Assembly (NCBI GenBank): GCA_043228905.1
Contig: JBHGNT010000020.1
Location: 3,968,001 to 4,032,000, forward strand
DNA from: Azolla caroliniana
Taxonomy: Eukaryota; Plantae; Polypodiophyta
Direction: 5' to 3'
Length of the DNA stretch: 64,000 nt
Positions 12,523 to 25,339 of this stretch are shown piece by piece. The notes beneath the pieces are model-generated. The model did not search any database and was not told where the DNA came from. It saw only the letters and a list, made by a program, of their open reading frames with translations. The first letter of the stretch is position 1; every line of letters begins with the position of its first letter. A program made the translations under genes and the position numbers.

Positions 12523-14250
12523 CAGAGAATACGCAAGGTAAAAGTATATTGACAAAGGAGAAAGACTCAACAATATACAAGGTGGGAGGAGGGTGCTTTA
12601 TGTAGTCACCCTCTCTCTTCATTAACTACAAGCCTCATGGAGCATGGGGAATGTGAAAGCTCATAAGTTATGTGTCATAGAATATGATTCTATGACTCAT
12701 ACTAAATGCTAGAATACAAAGTGGTGACATAATGGTGACTCTTGACCGTTGGAGTGTCTCTTCACTCTCAAGGTGAGTTCACACACTAGACCAAGTTGAG
12801 CTTGATTCTCAACACGCCCCCTCAAGCTCAAGTCAGGTCGGTTTCAAGCGGTATCCGAAATCCGCTTCAACTCGTGTTCTGGAGTCCGCGTTGACTCGCG
12901 TTGGCTCGTTTTATGCGAAGTTGCAGAATCCGTGCTCTAGCTTGCGTTGTGCGAAGTCTGTGCTTCGGCTTGCATCTTTCTTCGCGGCTTTGCGCGGTAG
13001 ATCGACTCTTCGCTGTTTCGTTGCGTGGTTGGGGAATCCACACGTTATTGCATAGTGTCTTCAGTACTCCCCCTCAAGCTTGGCAGGTCAAGGATCGTCA
13101 ATCCGAGATCGGTCATGAATTGCCACAACTTGTCGACTCCTAAGGCTTTAGTGAAGATGTCGGCCATTTGAAGATTGGTGCTAATGTGTTGTAGGTCGAC
13201 ATCGCCAACCAGAACGCGCTCTCGGATGAAGTGATAGTGCACTTCGATGTGCTTTGTCCGCGCGTGGAACACCGGGTTCCAAGCCAGATAGATACTGCTC
13301 ATGTTGTCGCAGTAAAGGGAAGTCAGATCCTTGATGGGTACGCCCAGATCCTTCAAAATCCTCTTGAGCCATACGGCTTCACACGCAGCTACGACTGTGC
13401 CGCTGTATTCTGCCTCCGTACTCGAAAGAGCGACGGTGGGCTGCTTCTTGCTACTCCAGGATATTGCTCCGCTGCCGAGGGAGAAAACAAATCCGGAGGT
13501 TGATCTTCTATCAGCTTTGTAGCCGGCCCAATCGACGTCTATGTACCCCTCGAGTCGGATTGGCATCGCGGTCTTGTAGAGGATGCCGCAATCCATTGTG
13601 CCGCTCACGTATCGTAGAACTCGCTTAGCGCAATCCAAGTGAGTATCACGTGGTGTTTGCATGAATTGGCTAAGGAGATCGACCGGATAACTGAGATCGG
13701 GTCATGTGATCATGAGGTAGATGAGACTCCCGATGAGTTGCCGATACTGAGTCGGCTCACACGCTTTGGTGCCGGAGTTCGCATCTAGTTTGAGATTACG
13801 ATCGAGCGGGGTTGCCACGGATTTGCACTCAGCCATCCCGAAATTGTATAACAAGTTGAGGATGTAGTGCCGTTGAGAGATCATGATTCCGGCCGGAGTC
13901 CGAATTACCTCGATGCCGAGGAAGTAGTGGAGCTCCTTCATGTCTGTCATCTCGAACTTGTCGGAAAGGAGGGATTTGACCTTAGTGATTTCGACGAGAT
14001 GCTCACCTCCAATGACTAGGTCATCCACATATAAGATGATGACGATCGGACTTGCGGAATCGCTTCGTATGTAGAGGGAGTTGTCCGATTTTGACATACG
14101 GAAGCCGATTTGATGAAGATATTGCGTTATCTTCGAATGCCAAGCACGCGGTGCTTGCTTGAGGCCGTAGAGTGGCTTCTTGAGTCGGCATACGGCTTTT
14201 GGATGAGTGCTCGAGTTGAAGCCGGGTAGTTGAATCATGTACACCTCCTC

Positions 14251-14436
14251 TGTCGAATACAAGTGTATAATGGACATATTCACACTATCCCTTTGTATAG
14301 ATCAAGTTTGGGCCATTTGTGTAATTAGCATAAATGGTAGTTGCCCTAAGTCGGTCACTATATATAGTGACCTTGTAACCTTTTTTGTAAGGTTGGTTGT
14401 ATTATTATTTTCTATTGAATAGAAAGTCATTCTGTG

Positions 14437-14491
<55 letters not shown>

Positions 14492-17400
14492 GTGCACGAT
14501 CTTGCAAACTGTCATACGCAGGTACATAACACGAATCGAATGCTATTTGATCTTCCGCATCGACACGGCCTTGTCTCCAACATCTGGTATCAGAGCCTGC
14601 ACAGTATTCGGTCCTTCAACTCGCTGTCGGCCGTCGTCTCAGCCTGCACAACATTCAGTTTCTTGCGTCATTCGAAGAAGAGAGAAGAAGAAGAAAAACG
14701 AGGCTTGCATCTCATCGCGTTAGATCATCTTTGCTTGGAGTAAGCCAACCGGTTGTACTCTGTTCCTTGTGATCGTAACCACTCGAGGTGAAATCTCCTT
14801 GTGCAACATTGACATGATCGTGCTCCACTCGGTTAAACGGCATCCGAAGAGGTCATCAAACGCTGCTCGCCGCTCATTGTAACCACTCGGTGCAGATCGG
14901 TCTCAAGACAACAACCCCAATTCGTGCTTCATCCGGCTGATCGACATTCGGGAGGATCAGTTGGATCCGTCTCTCTCGTCGCTGCAGTCACCCGAAGCAG
15001 AATCGGTCCAGACAATCGGTTTCAATAATCGGCATCTGGCATATATATTCGGAAGCGAACCGGGCTCACTCCGACTCGCCAACATTCGGGAAGACCAGTC
15101 GGTTCTGTCCCTCAAGTTACCGGAGTCAATTCGAGCAAGTTCAACAATACATATATCCGAAGCCGAACCGACTCGGGTTCAAATCCGACTAGAACGATAT
15201 CGGGTGAGCCAACCGGCTGCACTCCAACAAGGTTCGTAGTCAACTCCGAACCGAGCTTCGTCAACCGAAACCAAATTTGATGGCATCAACATCCGGCTCG
15301 TCAGAAATGAGTCTACGAAAGTTCGATGGATCAAACTTCAACTTCTGGAAGGAGCAAATGCAGGACTATCTCATAGTCAAGGGGCAAATCGATCCCATCG
15401 AAAATGAAGAACCTCCAGAAGGATACAAACCAATTGAGTGGCAGAAGCTGGACAGAATCGTCCGCGCCACGATTCGGATGCACCTATCGGAATCGGTATA
15501 CTTTACGGTGCAATCATGTACGACAGCATTCGAACTGTGGAAAACACTGTCGGACACCTACGAAAAGAAGGTCGCTGCAACGAAGATGTTTCTGATCCGG
15601 CGCCTCTACAACTTGCGGATGAAAGAATCCGATTCGGTTCAAGCACATCTCAATGAGTACGAAAGCATAAGCTCCCAAATCTCATCTCAGGGGACGGCAA
15701 TCGAGGATGAACTCAGAGCAATGATACTCATGAGCAGCCTTCCCTCATCATGGGAAACTTTCGTCACAACCGTGTGCAACGCGTCAACCACGGCTGTTAA
15801 ATACTCCGAAGTCACGAGCGCAATCCTGACCGAAGCAGCTCGGAGAAAGTCTTTCGCCAAAGACTCAACAGACGACGCTTACGTAGTACAAGGTTCGACA
15901 GACCGATCGAACATACGAGGAAGAGATTCCTCACGGCAGCCGAACAATCAGCGAAGACGGAGCCAGTCACGGGATAATCGAATCTGCAACTATTGCAAGA
16001 AACCCGGACACATCAAAGCCGACTGCCGCGCACTCAAGAACAAGAACGACAAGTCTCAGAAATCAGACAAGAAGAGTGGCCGGCATGAGGAGATCAATTA
16101 CGTCAGCTTCTCAGCTGATGTGCTACCAAACGACCCGAATATACTATCAATCGAAAATCCAGTCGGATCAGAAGTTCTGCTCACGACTGAAGAATCGAGC
16201 ACATGGCTCTTAGATTCGGGCGCGTCATTTCACGTGACTCCTCATCGATCCCAATTTCGGCAATATACGATCCGTCACTCCGACTCAGTTCGAGTCGGCA
16301 ACTCGCAACACTGTGACATCATTGGAATCGGCACAGTAGAGCTCAACCTTGCAGGTGGCTCTACACTTGTACTTCACAATGTCCGACATGTACCCGAGCT
16401 CTCAAGGCCATTGATCTCAGTCGGACAACTAGATGAAGACGGCATTCGTGCCGGTTTTTATTCGGGAGGGTGGACACTCCACAGGGGGAACCTCCTGCTT
16501 GCTAGAGGACCCAAGATACACTCACTGTATCCGTTACATGTTACGCTCAGAGAGGGTAACCTGTTTTTGGTGGATATTCCTGTGTCATCACTATGGCACA
16601 GAAGATTAGGACACCTCAGCAAGGCCGGCATTACGCACCTATCTAGAGCCGGATACATCCCTAAACTCTCCTTCTCGGACCATCAATTCTGCGAACATTG
16701 CCAGTATGGCAAACAAGCAGCCACATCACACCCGACATCAGCACCAAGAGAAACGAGACCTCTCGATTTAGTCCACTCGGACGTCTGTGGCCCAATGCCG
16801 CATCAGTCTCTCGACGGTGCCTCTTACTTCGTCAGTTTTATTGACGATTCGACTCGAAAGGTGTGGGCTTATCCAATTCGCACCAAAGATCGTGTCTTTT
16901 CGATCTTCTCCGATTGGCTCGCTATGGTAGAAAATCAAACTGACCGAAAACTGAAATGCTTTCGGACCGACAATGGGGGAGAGTTCAAATCAGAAGAATT
17001 CGTCAAATTCTGCCGACAACGCGGCATCCGACGTGAATTTACGGCACCACACAGTCCGGAGCAAAACGGGATTGCCGAACGCATGAATCGGACAATCCAA
17101 GAACGGATAGTTTCCATGCTCCAACACTCCGGACTGTCGGATGGCTTCTGGGCAGAGGCTCTACTCACGGCAGTACACATCATCAATATGTCGCCAAGCA
17201 GACCTCTAGGACTTCAAATTCCTCAGGAACTATGGATCGGCAGTAAGCCGAATTACGACAAGCTGAGGATCTTCGGATGCGAGGCGTACGCCCTTATTCC
17301 GAAAGATGATCGCCGAAAACTTGCACCTCGGTCCAGGAAATGCATTTTCCTTGGATATGGATCAGACGGCGAAATGGGATACCGACTCTGGGACCCCGAA

Positions 17401-19691
17401 CGCAGACAAATCGTTCGAAGTTCGGACGTTGTGTTCAACGAGTCGGCTATGAATCCATCAGTCGAAAAACCGATCGAAGTCCGAAGGGTAACATTTTCCG
17501 ATGTGCCGACCCTTCAAGAAGGCCCCACTCTTAACACACGGTCAGCTTCACGGGTAGCTGAACCTTACACCACCGACTCGGACAACTCTGACTCGGCACA
17601 ACAGAATAATTCGCTTTCGGACCATCCGACCCCGATACCTGATGCGACCAGTCCAATCATACCTCGACGATCCGAGAGACTGTCGCAACCTCCGGAGAGG
17701 TATTCTCCTGGAATTTTCTTCACCGACGCCAGCGAACCGATGTCTTACGAAGAAGCATCGACATCTGTCGATTCAGCCACCTGGCATCTGGCGATGGAGT
17801 CGGAAATGCACTCCATTCGGGCAAACAAGACTTGGGATCTGGTCGAACTACCTAAGAATCGACGTGCTCTTCCTTGCAAGTGGGTTTACCGACTAAAAGA
17901 GACGTCTGATTCGACCACCCCAAAGTACAAGGCCAGATTAGTTGCGAAGGGCTTCCGACAAGAATATGGCGTCGACTTCGACGAGATTTTTTCACCAGTG
18001 GTGAAAATGACAACCCTTCGTTTTCTACTCGGCGTAGTGGCAGCCGACAACTTGGAGCTGATTCAGCTAGATGTCAAAACAGCCTTCCTCCATGGTGATC
18101 TTGAAGAGGAAATTTACATGGAGCAGCCAAAAGGCTTCGTGGCAACTGGCCAAGAACATCTAGTCTGCCGACTCAGGAAGAGTCTATACGGCCTCAAACA
18201 GGCACCGCGACAATGGTACAAGAAGTTCGACGACTTCATCCAATCGATCGGCTTCTCAAAAAGCGATGAGGACCATTGTCTTTTTACCAACACAGCTCAA
18301 GATGGATCACCCATCTTCCTCATCATTTACGTGGACGACATGCTAATTTCTGGACGCCACGCGGGTGAACTTGCCGATCTCATTCGGCAACTGCGGTTGA
18401 AGTTTGCCATGAAGGACCTCGGTCCGACACGACACATACTCGGCATGAAGATTAGTCGGCATCGCGATAAACGACATCTTTTTTTGTCTCAGACCGACTA
18501 TATCGGACGTGTCTTGGAACGCTTCAACATGCAATCAGCCAAATCTGCTTCAACCCCGCTCCCCATGAATCTTCGGCTCTCTCAGCGAGACTGCCCGACA
18601 TCCGGTCCGGAGGGGGAAGATATGAAGTCGGTATCGTATGCACCGGCAGTCGGCTCCCTTATGTACCTGATGGTCGCGACACGGCCTGATATTTCTCATG
18701 CCGTAGGAGTCGTTAGCAGATTTATGCACAATCCTGGCCGATCGCATTGGAACGCAGTCAAGCATGTGTTCAAATATCTGGCTGGCACAAAAGACCACGA
18801 CATTCTTTTCGGGCCGAACTCAACCTCAGGCGTAGTCGGTTACACCGACTCGGACTTCGCCGGCTGTATAGACAGTCGGAAATCAACAACTGGATACTGC
18901 TTCAAATTCGGCAATGGAGCAATTTCGTGGAAGTCCAAACTTCAGGAGTGCACAGCGACCTCAACAACCGAAGCAGAATATGTAGCTGCGTCCGACGCTG
19001 CAAAAGAAGCTTTGTGGCTCGGCCGGCTGGCGCACACGTTTCGGCAAGTCGACCATGACTCGGCTCCAGTTGTCTATAGCGACAGTCAAGGTGCTGTTGC
19101 CTTGTCGAAAAATCCGGTTCACCACAACGCCTCCAAACATATCGACGTTCGATATCACTTCGTTCGGGACTGCGTCATTTCAGGGAAAATCGGTCTAGAG
19201 AAAATATCCACAACCGACAATGTCGCAGATGGAATGACCAAGTGTCTTTTGGCAGACCGCTTTCGGTCCCTTCGGCATCAGATGGGCGTAACGACAAACC
19301 ATTCCGGTTAGAGCCGGACACAGCGCAGGATGGTTTCAGACAACCGACATCAGTTCCTCAATGATCGGCTTCAACTCTTCCGACCCGACCAGTCCGGTCT
19401 TCTGCCTTCGGACCCTGCCGACTCGAACAAAACTGATATGTCCGAGAACCTAGGTTTATACCTGTAATCTTAGATAACCCATGTATACGCCCATTACAGG
19501 GGAGTGTCGAATACAAGTGTATAATGGACGTATTCACACTATCCCTTTGTATAGATCAAGTTTGGGCCATTTGTGTAATTAGCATAAATGGTAGTTGCCC
19601 TAAGTCGGTCACTATATATAGTGACCTTGTAACCTTTTTTGTAAGGTTGGTTGTATTATTATTTTCTATTGAATAGAAAGTCATTCTGTGC

Positions 19692-19723
<32 letters not shown>

Positions 19724-19814
19724 GTGCACGATCTTGCAAACTGTCATACGCAGGTACATAACACGAATCGAATGCTATTTGATCTTCCGCATCGACACGG
19801 CCTTGTCTCCAACA
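14251..19814 (+). mobile_element. Intact young Ty1/Copia (element B); LTRs 14251-14582 and 19505-19814; TSD TCCTC
   Basis: TCCTC at 14246-14250 and 19815-19819; PBS TGGTATCAGAGC at 14585; PPT aggggag; LTRs differ by about 1 substitution plus (TC)n length; inserted into the RT of element A. Confidence 0.97.
15277..19311 (+). CDS. Copia gag-pol polyprotein (Gag, PR, IN, RT, RNase H), 1344 aa
   Basis: CNYCKKPGHIKADC, WLLDSGAS, HSDVCGP/RTDNGGEF/AERMNR, YVDD, YTDSD; no stops. Confidence 0.97.
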   Translation: MMASTSGSSEMSLRKFDGSNFNFWKEQMQDYLIVKGQIDPIENEEPPEGYKPIEWQKLDRIVRATIRMHLSESVYFTVQSCTTAFELWKTLSDTYEKKVAATKMFLIRRLYNLRMKESDSVQAHLNEYESISSQISSQGTAIEDELRAMILMSSLPSSWETFVTTVCNASTTAVKYSEVTSAILTEAARRKSFAKDSTDDAYVVQGSTDRSNIRGRDSSRQPNNQRRRSQSRDNRICNYCKKPGHIKADCRALKNKNDKSQKSDKKSGRHEEINYVSFSADVLPNDPNILSIENPVGSEVLLTTEESSTWLLDSGASFHVTPHRSQFRQYTIRHSDSVRVGNSQHCDIIGIGTVELNLAGGSTLVLHNVRHVPELSRPLISVGQLDEDGIRAGFYSGGWTLHRGNLLLARGPKIHSLYPLHVTLREGNLFLVDIPVSSLWHRRLGHLSKAGITHLSRAGYIPKLSFSDHQFCEHCQYGKQAATSHPTSAPRETRPLDLVHSDVCGPMPHQSLDGASYFVSFIDDSTRKVWAYPIRTKDRVFSIFSDWLAMVENQTDRKLKCFRTDNGGEFKSEEFVKFCRQRGIRREFTAPHSPEQNGIAERMNRTIQERIVSMLQHSGLSDGFWAEALLTAVHIINMSPSRPLGLQIPQELWIGSKPNYDKLRIFGCEAYALIPKDDRRKLAPRSRKCIFLGYGSDGEMGYRLWDPERRQIVRSSDVVFNESAMNPSVEKPIEVRRVTFSDVPTLQEGPTLNTRSASRVAEPYTTDSDNSDSAQQNNSLSDHPTPIPDATSPIIPRRSERLSQPPERYSPGIFFTDASEPMSYEEASTSVDSATWHLAMESEMHSIRANKTWDLVELPKNRRALPCKWVYRLKETSDSTTPKYKARLVAKGFRQEYGVDFDEIFSPVVKMTTLRFLLGVVAADNLELIQLDVKTAFLHGDLEEEIYMEQPKGFVATGQEHLVCRLRKSLYGLKQAPRQWYKKFDDFIQSIGFSKSDEDHCLFTNTAQDGSPIFLIIYVDDMLISGRHAGELADLIRQLRLKFAMKDLGPTRHILGMKISRHRDKRHLFLSQTDYIGRVLERFNMQSAKSASTPLPMNLRLSQRDCPTSGPEGEDMKSVSYAPAVGSLMYLMVATRPDISHAVGVVSRFMHNPGRSHWNAVKHVFKYLAGTKDHDILFGPNSTSGVVGYTDSDFAGCIDSRKSTTGYCFKFGNGAISWKSKLQECTATSTTEAEYVAASDAAKEALWLGRLAHTFRQVDHDSAPVVYSDSQGAVALSKNPVHHNASKHIDVRYHFVRDCVISGKIGLEKISTTDNVADGMTKCLLADRFRSLRHQMGVTTNHSG

Positions 19815-22800
19815 TCCTCTTCTAATTCGCCTTGTAGAAAGGCGTTCTTGACGTCCATTTGATGGATGTGCCACCCTTTTGCCGCAACAATCACAATTAC
19901 GGTCCACACCGTCGTCATCTTTGCCACCGGGGCAAAGGTCTCTTCGTAGTCGACGCCATGTGTTTGAGCGTATCCTTTCGCTACGAGTCGAGCTTTGTAG
20001 CAGTTTACGGAGCCATCGACGTTATACTTCACCTTGTAGATCCATCTGCATCCGATCGCCTTTTTGTGTGGTGAGGTGGAAACGAGTTCCCACGTCTCGT
20101 TCTTCCGTAGTGCTTGCATCTCCTCGTTCATTGCTTCGATCCATTGCGGGTCCTTCGCGGATTCCGAAAAGGTTTCCGGCTCCCGTACTGTTGCTACCTT
20201 CATCATAAAGGCGTAATGGTACGCCATATAATCGTTGTAGCCGAATCGGCTTACGGGGTTCTTTTCACGGGTGGAGCGACAAAGCTTTTCATTTGCTGAG
20301 ATGAGGGCTTTCTTAGCTCTGATTGGTACATCGAAGCCACCGAACTCACTGTCGAGTGAGTGAGTCGACTCATCGTCGTCGAAACGGTCATCTGCGTATT
20401 CCGCCATTTTCGCCTTGCCCTTGTCTATCTTCGGGCGAGGCTGTGATGTGCTTTGATCGCTCAAAGGCTCTTGTGGTCCGCTCAGTCGGGTTGTGATCGG
20501 ACTCTCTTCAAACATGTGCGTAAGGCGATCTTCATCCTCGATCTCTTGTTCGTCGGATTCCTGGTCGAGCGGAGTCGGAGTCGGAGTTGTCTCTGGTGCG
20601 TACCAGGATGTGGACTCGTAAAAAACGACGTCTCGACTTACTCGAGATTTTCGAGTTGAGGGGTTGTAGCACTTGTACCCCTTTTTCTCCAGTGAGTATC
20701 CTACGAGGATACATTTCTCCGACTTCGGATCAAGCTTTTGACGCTTCTCGTCGGGGATGTGCACGTACGCTATCGCGCCGAATATCCGGGTGTGCGATAA
20801 GTCCGGCTTCTTTCCAAAGTATTTTTCGTGCGGAGTGAACTCGTGCATGCCGGATGTTGTGCATCGGTTCATTAGGTAGACGACCGTATTTGTAGCTTTG
20901 GCCCAATATGACTTGGGCATATGCTTCTCGTTCATCATGGCCCACACTACTTTGAGGATGTGCCAATTTTTGCGCTCGGCTACTCCGTTTTGTTGTGGAG
21001 TGTGTCGGCAAGTGAATTCTCGCCGAATTCCTTCCTTTCGGAGATACGCCGTGAAATCGTCCGAGAAGTACTCCTTGCCGGCATCCGATCGAAGGCATCG
21101 TACATGTCGGCCCGTGGCTTTCTCGACTTCATTCTCGAAATTTTGGAAGTGTCCGAACACTTCGCTCTTTTGCCGCATTGGGTAGATCCAAGTGTTCCTA
21201 GAGAAGTTGTCGATGAAGAGCACGTAATATCGGCATCCGCCGAATGTAGCCGTTTGCGCCGGTCCCCATACGTCGGAATGGACTACGTCGAGTAGAACTT
21301 TGCTCACGTTCCGCTCTTTCGGGAATGCGTGTCGGTGTTTCTTGCCGAATTGGCACGCTTCGCATACACCTTCAATCTCCTTCTCTTTGAATGTCGGGAG
21401 TCTGATGATGACTCCTTTCGATTTCATTGCTTTGAGTTTGTTGACATTGTTGTGGCCGATTCGCTTGTGCCATAGCTCTATGTCGGAGTCGGCTTTCGTG
21501 TTTTTCGTGAACATGGCGGATTTCATCTCGCGTGAATCGAGAATGAACATCCGGCCCTCTCTTCTTCCACGTGCGATGAGTCGGCCCTCTTTTTCGATGA
21601 AGCAACCGCCTTGATTAAATAGAACTTGCATCCCTTGCTCTACAATTTGGCCAACGGAGACCAAATTCTTCGTAATGGTCGGTACATGCAAGACATTTTT
21701 AATGTAATTTTGCTTACCTTCTTTTCCGAACGGAACATTGCCAATGTGATGAATCGGGTGCGTAGTGTCGTCTCCGGTTTCGACATAGCTGGGTCAGTCC
21801 GGCTCTCGAAGTTCTCGGAACCATTCTTGATGCGATGTCATATGGTTCGATGCACTGGAATCGACGAACCATACGTCTTCCGGACCGGAGGCACTAGTTG
21901 AGGTAGCGGCTGACATAGAGTTTGCTCTATGTTTCATCATGAACATTCCGCAACAGTCGGAGTTGTGCACATACATTCCGCCACGATCTTCGTAGTCGGA
22001 GTTGTGTGCGTAATTCATGAGTTGTCGGCTTGTGGAAGCCGATTCACGCATCTTCTTTTGGCACTCTTCTTCGTGGTGGCCGAGCTTTCCGCAATATCCG
22101 CATTCGGTTGCGTTTTGACAGCTCGGGCCAGATTGGAAGCTCCCCCTTCTTGCGAAGGTTCCTCGTTGGCCTCCGTTTTGTGGCCGAAATTGGGAGTTGT
22201 TGTCGTAGGTCGGACCTCGTCCGCCTTGTCCTTGGCCGAATCGGCCTCTCGCTCGTCCGTGTCCTCTTCTTCCATTAGAGTGCGTGTAGAGCATGTGGCC
22301 TTCCGACTCATTGTTCCTTGCACGCACGTGGTTTTCTTCGACCAATAGCATTGATTGGAGCTCAAAGAAGGAGGGAGATTTCTCCCGTGCTAGAACGGCG
22401 GTTCGCATCGCGCTGAACCGTGGTGCGAGGCTGCCGGGGCATATTTGCACTATCTCATCATCATCTATACTTACGCTTATTGAGCCGAGCGAGTCGCAAA
22501 GCTCCTTGATCTTCAAGGTGTATGTCGTGATGGACATGTCCCTTTGTTGAATGTTGTTCAACTCTTGGCGGAGTTGAAGCTTCCTCGCGGTCGTGTTGGC
22601 GGCGAAAATCTTTCGTAGATTTTCCCACACTTCCTTCGGCGTTTTGGCTTCTCGAATGTAACCGAGCATGTGGTCGTGAACACATGTCGCCAAACAATAC
22701 ATCACGCGGCTTGCGGCTTGCGGCTTGCTCCCATGTCGCGTATCCGGGAGCTGCTTCGACGGGTCGGTCTTCATGCACTCCTTTGATGTAGCACCAATAG

Positions 22801-23115
22801 CCTTGTTCAATAAGGTATTGGTGCATCTTGTACTCCCAAGATGCAAAGTTGTTTCGATCCAACTTCTCGGTAGGGAGAGCACTCCCCATTTGAGTATTCA
22901 TTATGTCGATTCTTCTTCTTCTTCTCTCTTCGAATGTGAGCTATGTAGCGAAGCTACAATAGTTATGAGCCGGTTCTTGGTCGTCGGCGTAGAGCACAAC
23001 ACACGATCACGATGAGGCGAATGGGCTAGATCGAGCTACCAAATTGCTCTAATACCATGTAAAGAATCAAGAGATGGATTCTTGTGAAGCAGAAGAGATG
23101 TGAGTTATGTGTGTG

Positions 23116-23159
<44 letters not shown>

Positions 23160-25339
23160 ACACAGAGAATACACAAGGTAAAAGTATATTGACAAAGGAG
23201 AAAGACTCAACAATATACAAGGTGGGAGGAGGGTGCTTTATGTAGTCACCCTCTCTCTTCATTAACTACAAGCCTCATGGAGCATGGGGAATGTGAAAGC
23301 TCATAAGTTATGTGTCATAGAATATGGTTCTATGACTCATACTAAATGCTAGAATACAAAGTGGTGACATAATGGTGACTCTTGACCGTTGGAGTGTCTC
23401 TTCACTCTCAAGGTGAGTTCACACACTAGACCAAGTTGAGCTTGATTCTCAACAACTAAGTATTGAAGTTGTCGTCGATGCCAACGAGAGTCCAGAATCT
23501 TGTCCACCTCATACTCCTCACCTGTGGAAAGCTCAATTGGAGGTGGAGGTGGAGAGTGTCTTCTAGGAATAGTGGATGAATGATAAGGTTCGAGAGGAGA
23601 GGCATGGAAGACATTATCAATCCGGAAATGTGGAGGAAGTTCCAGCGAGAAAGTGACGGGATTGACATAGTCAATGATGCGGAAAGGCCCCAACTTCTTG
23701 TAATCCAACTTTCCGCAAGGTCGAGTAGTATCGACATGGTGAGGTAAGAGCCAAACTTGATCACCAACTGCAAAGGCGGGTGTAGCAGAACGATGTCGAT
23801 CAACTTGCGCTTTATACTGGTCCCTTGCAAGATGAGTTCGAGGGAGAGGTCTTGATGAATGTCAACGAAAATACGAGCATGTCCTTCCGCTGACGGGTTG
23901 ACAGAGTTGCCATGGATGGAAGCCATAGTTGGTGAAAAATGGGGTGATCCCAGTTGAACCATGTAGCGTATTATTATATGTGAACTTTGCCAAGGGTAGG
24001 AGGTCAACCCAATCATCTTGTTGGTAGCTAAGCAAGCATCGATGGTATTGCTCAAGGATTTGGTTCACCTGCTTCGTTTGGCCAACGGTTTGAGGATGAT
24101 AGGACGAAGACAAATTCACTATTGTGCCCAATGTTTGAAGGAGCCGCCGCCAAAAATGAGAGACAAATTGGGGTCCGTGATCTGAGGTGACATAATTTGG
24201 AACCCCATGAAGCCGCACCACATTCTTCAAAAATAGATCGGTTGTTGCTTTTGCTAAAATAGTCTTTGCACAAGGGGCAAAATGAGCTATCTTTGTAAAC
24301 CGATCTACCATGACGAGCACTGTGTCATATCCATGGACAAGAGGCAAGTCAGTGATGAAATCCGTGGAAATTGATGCCCAAGGTCGATTGGGAATGGGAA
24401 GTGGTTGGAGCAACCCATATGGCCTATGGTGGACGACTTTGGATCTAGCACAAGTATCACATGTCTTGATGAATTCCTTGATGAAATTCCATGGTTGAGG
24501 CCACCAATATCCTCTTGAGATTAATTTGAGTGTCTTTGTAACGCTAAAATGACCAGCCAAGGGGTCATCATAACGCTTTTGGAGAACTTGAGTTTGACAT
24601 CGGCCCTCTGGAACATATAAGAGTTGGTCTCGGTAAAGCAATTCCCCCTCGAATCGGAAGCGGTCAAGGTCTTCCTTGGTCTTGGATTTAGATGGATCAA
24701 TAAGACCTTCCTGAATTGCGTTGGCTAATTTGTCGGTGGGAAGTGCTTTGGCTATCTCCTCAAGCAAAGAGTCGTCATGGAGCATGCATGTGGCGAAGAG
24801 GTGGAATTGATCTGGTTTAAGCAAACATTGAGATTGTTGAGCATAGGCATCATCCCTTCGGCTCAACTCAAAATCTGACTGTCGTGAAAGAGCATCAACC
24901 TTCATGTTTTGTGCCCCTGGCCGAAAGACAATTTCAAAGTCATAGTCGACCAAGAAAGTTGACCAACGGGGCTGCCGCCAATTCAAAGTACGGGTTGTTG
25001 AGAAATACAATAAATTTTTATGATCTATTAATACTTGAACCCGATGTTGTGACCCAGTCAAGTAAGGTCTCCACTCCATGAAAGCTGCCACTATAGCCGC
25101 GAGCTCCTTGTCGTAGATGGGATAGTTGATTTCTAGAGTTGTGAATTTTCGGGAGTAGTACGCCACCGGATGTAGGACGCTATCATCATCAGGTTGGGAT
25201 AAGATGACATGAATGGCAAAGACAGAGGCATCTGTTTCAACTTGAAAAGGTTAGTAGGTCGACGTGAAGGAGAACTGGAGCCCGGGTTAAAACTTCTTTC
25301 AGTAGGTCGAAGGCGTATTGAGTAGATGGAGTCCATTGA

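Larger units (their letters stand above)
9063..23454 (-). mobile_element. Full-length degenerate Ty1/Copia (element A); 5' LTR 23058-23454; 3' LTR 9063-12814 interrupted by a LINE; TSD ACTAA
   Basis: ACTAA at 9058-9062 and 23455-23459; PBS TGGTATTAGAGC at 23046-23057(-); gag CGYCGKLGHHEEEC, protease WFVDS, IN HSDVWGP, RT YVDD, RNase H; PPT gagcttgagggggcg. Confidence 0.95.
8468..25250 (-). mobile_element. 5'-truncated chromovirus Gypsy: RNase H-integrase-chromodomain (23455-25250 and 8911-9062) + 3' LTR (8468-8910), split by the Copia at 9063-23454
   Basis: AYYSRK..NYPIYDKEL, RYDDPLAGHF, STDFITDLP, SDHGPQF; the chromodomain YEVDKILDS..YLV continues as LWKG..EATWE across the Copia insertion; PPT agggggataa then LTR TGTCA...TGACA. 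Confidence 0.85.

Noticed and set aside
12481-12622. N-terminus of the 1132-aa ORF as a native LINE signal peptide or transmembrane segment
   Set aside because: It is LTR and (TC)n sequence; the same peptide appears in the sister LTR ORF 23026-23262.
19859-23015. Numerous overlapping antisense ORFs in Copia interiors (also 42127-46381 and 55152-62590)
   Set aside because: Shadow frames of GC-balanced gag-pol sequence with no independent motifs.
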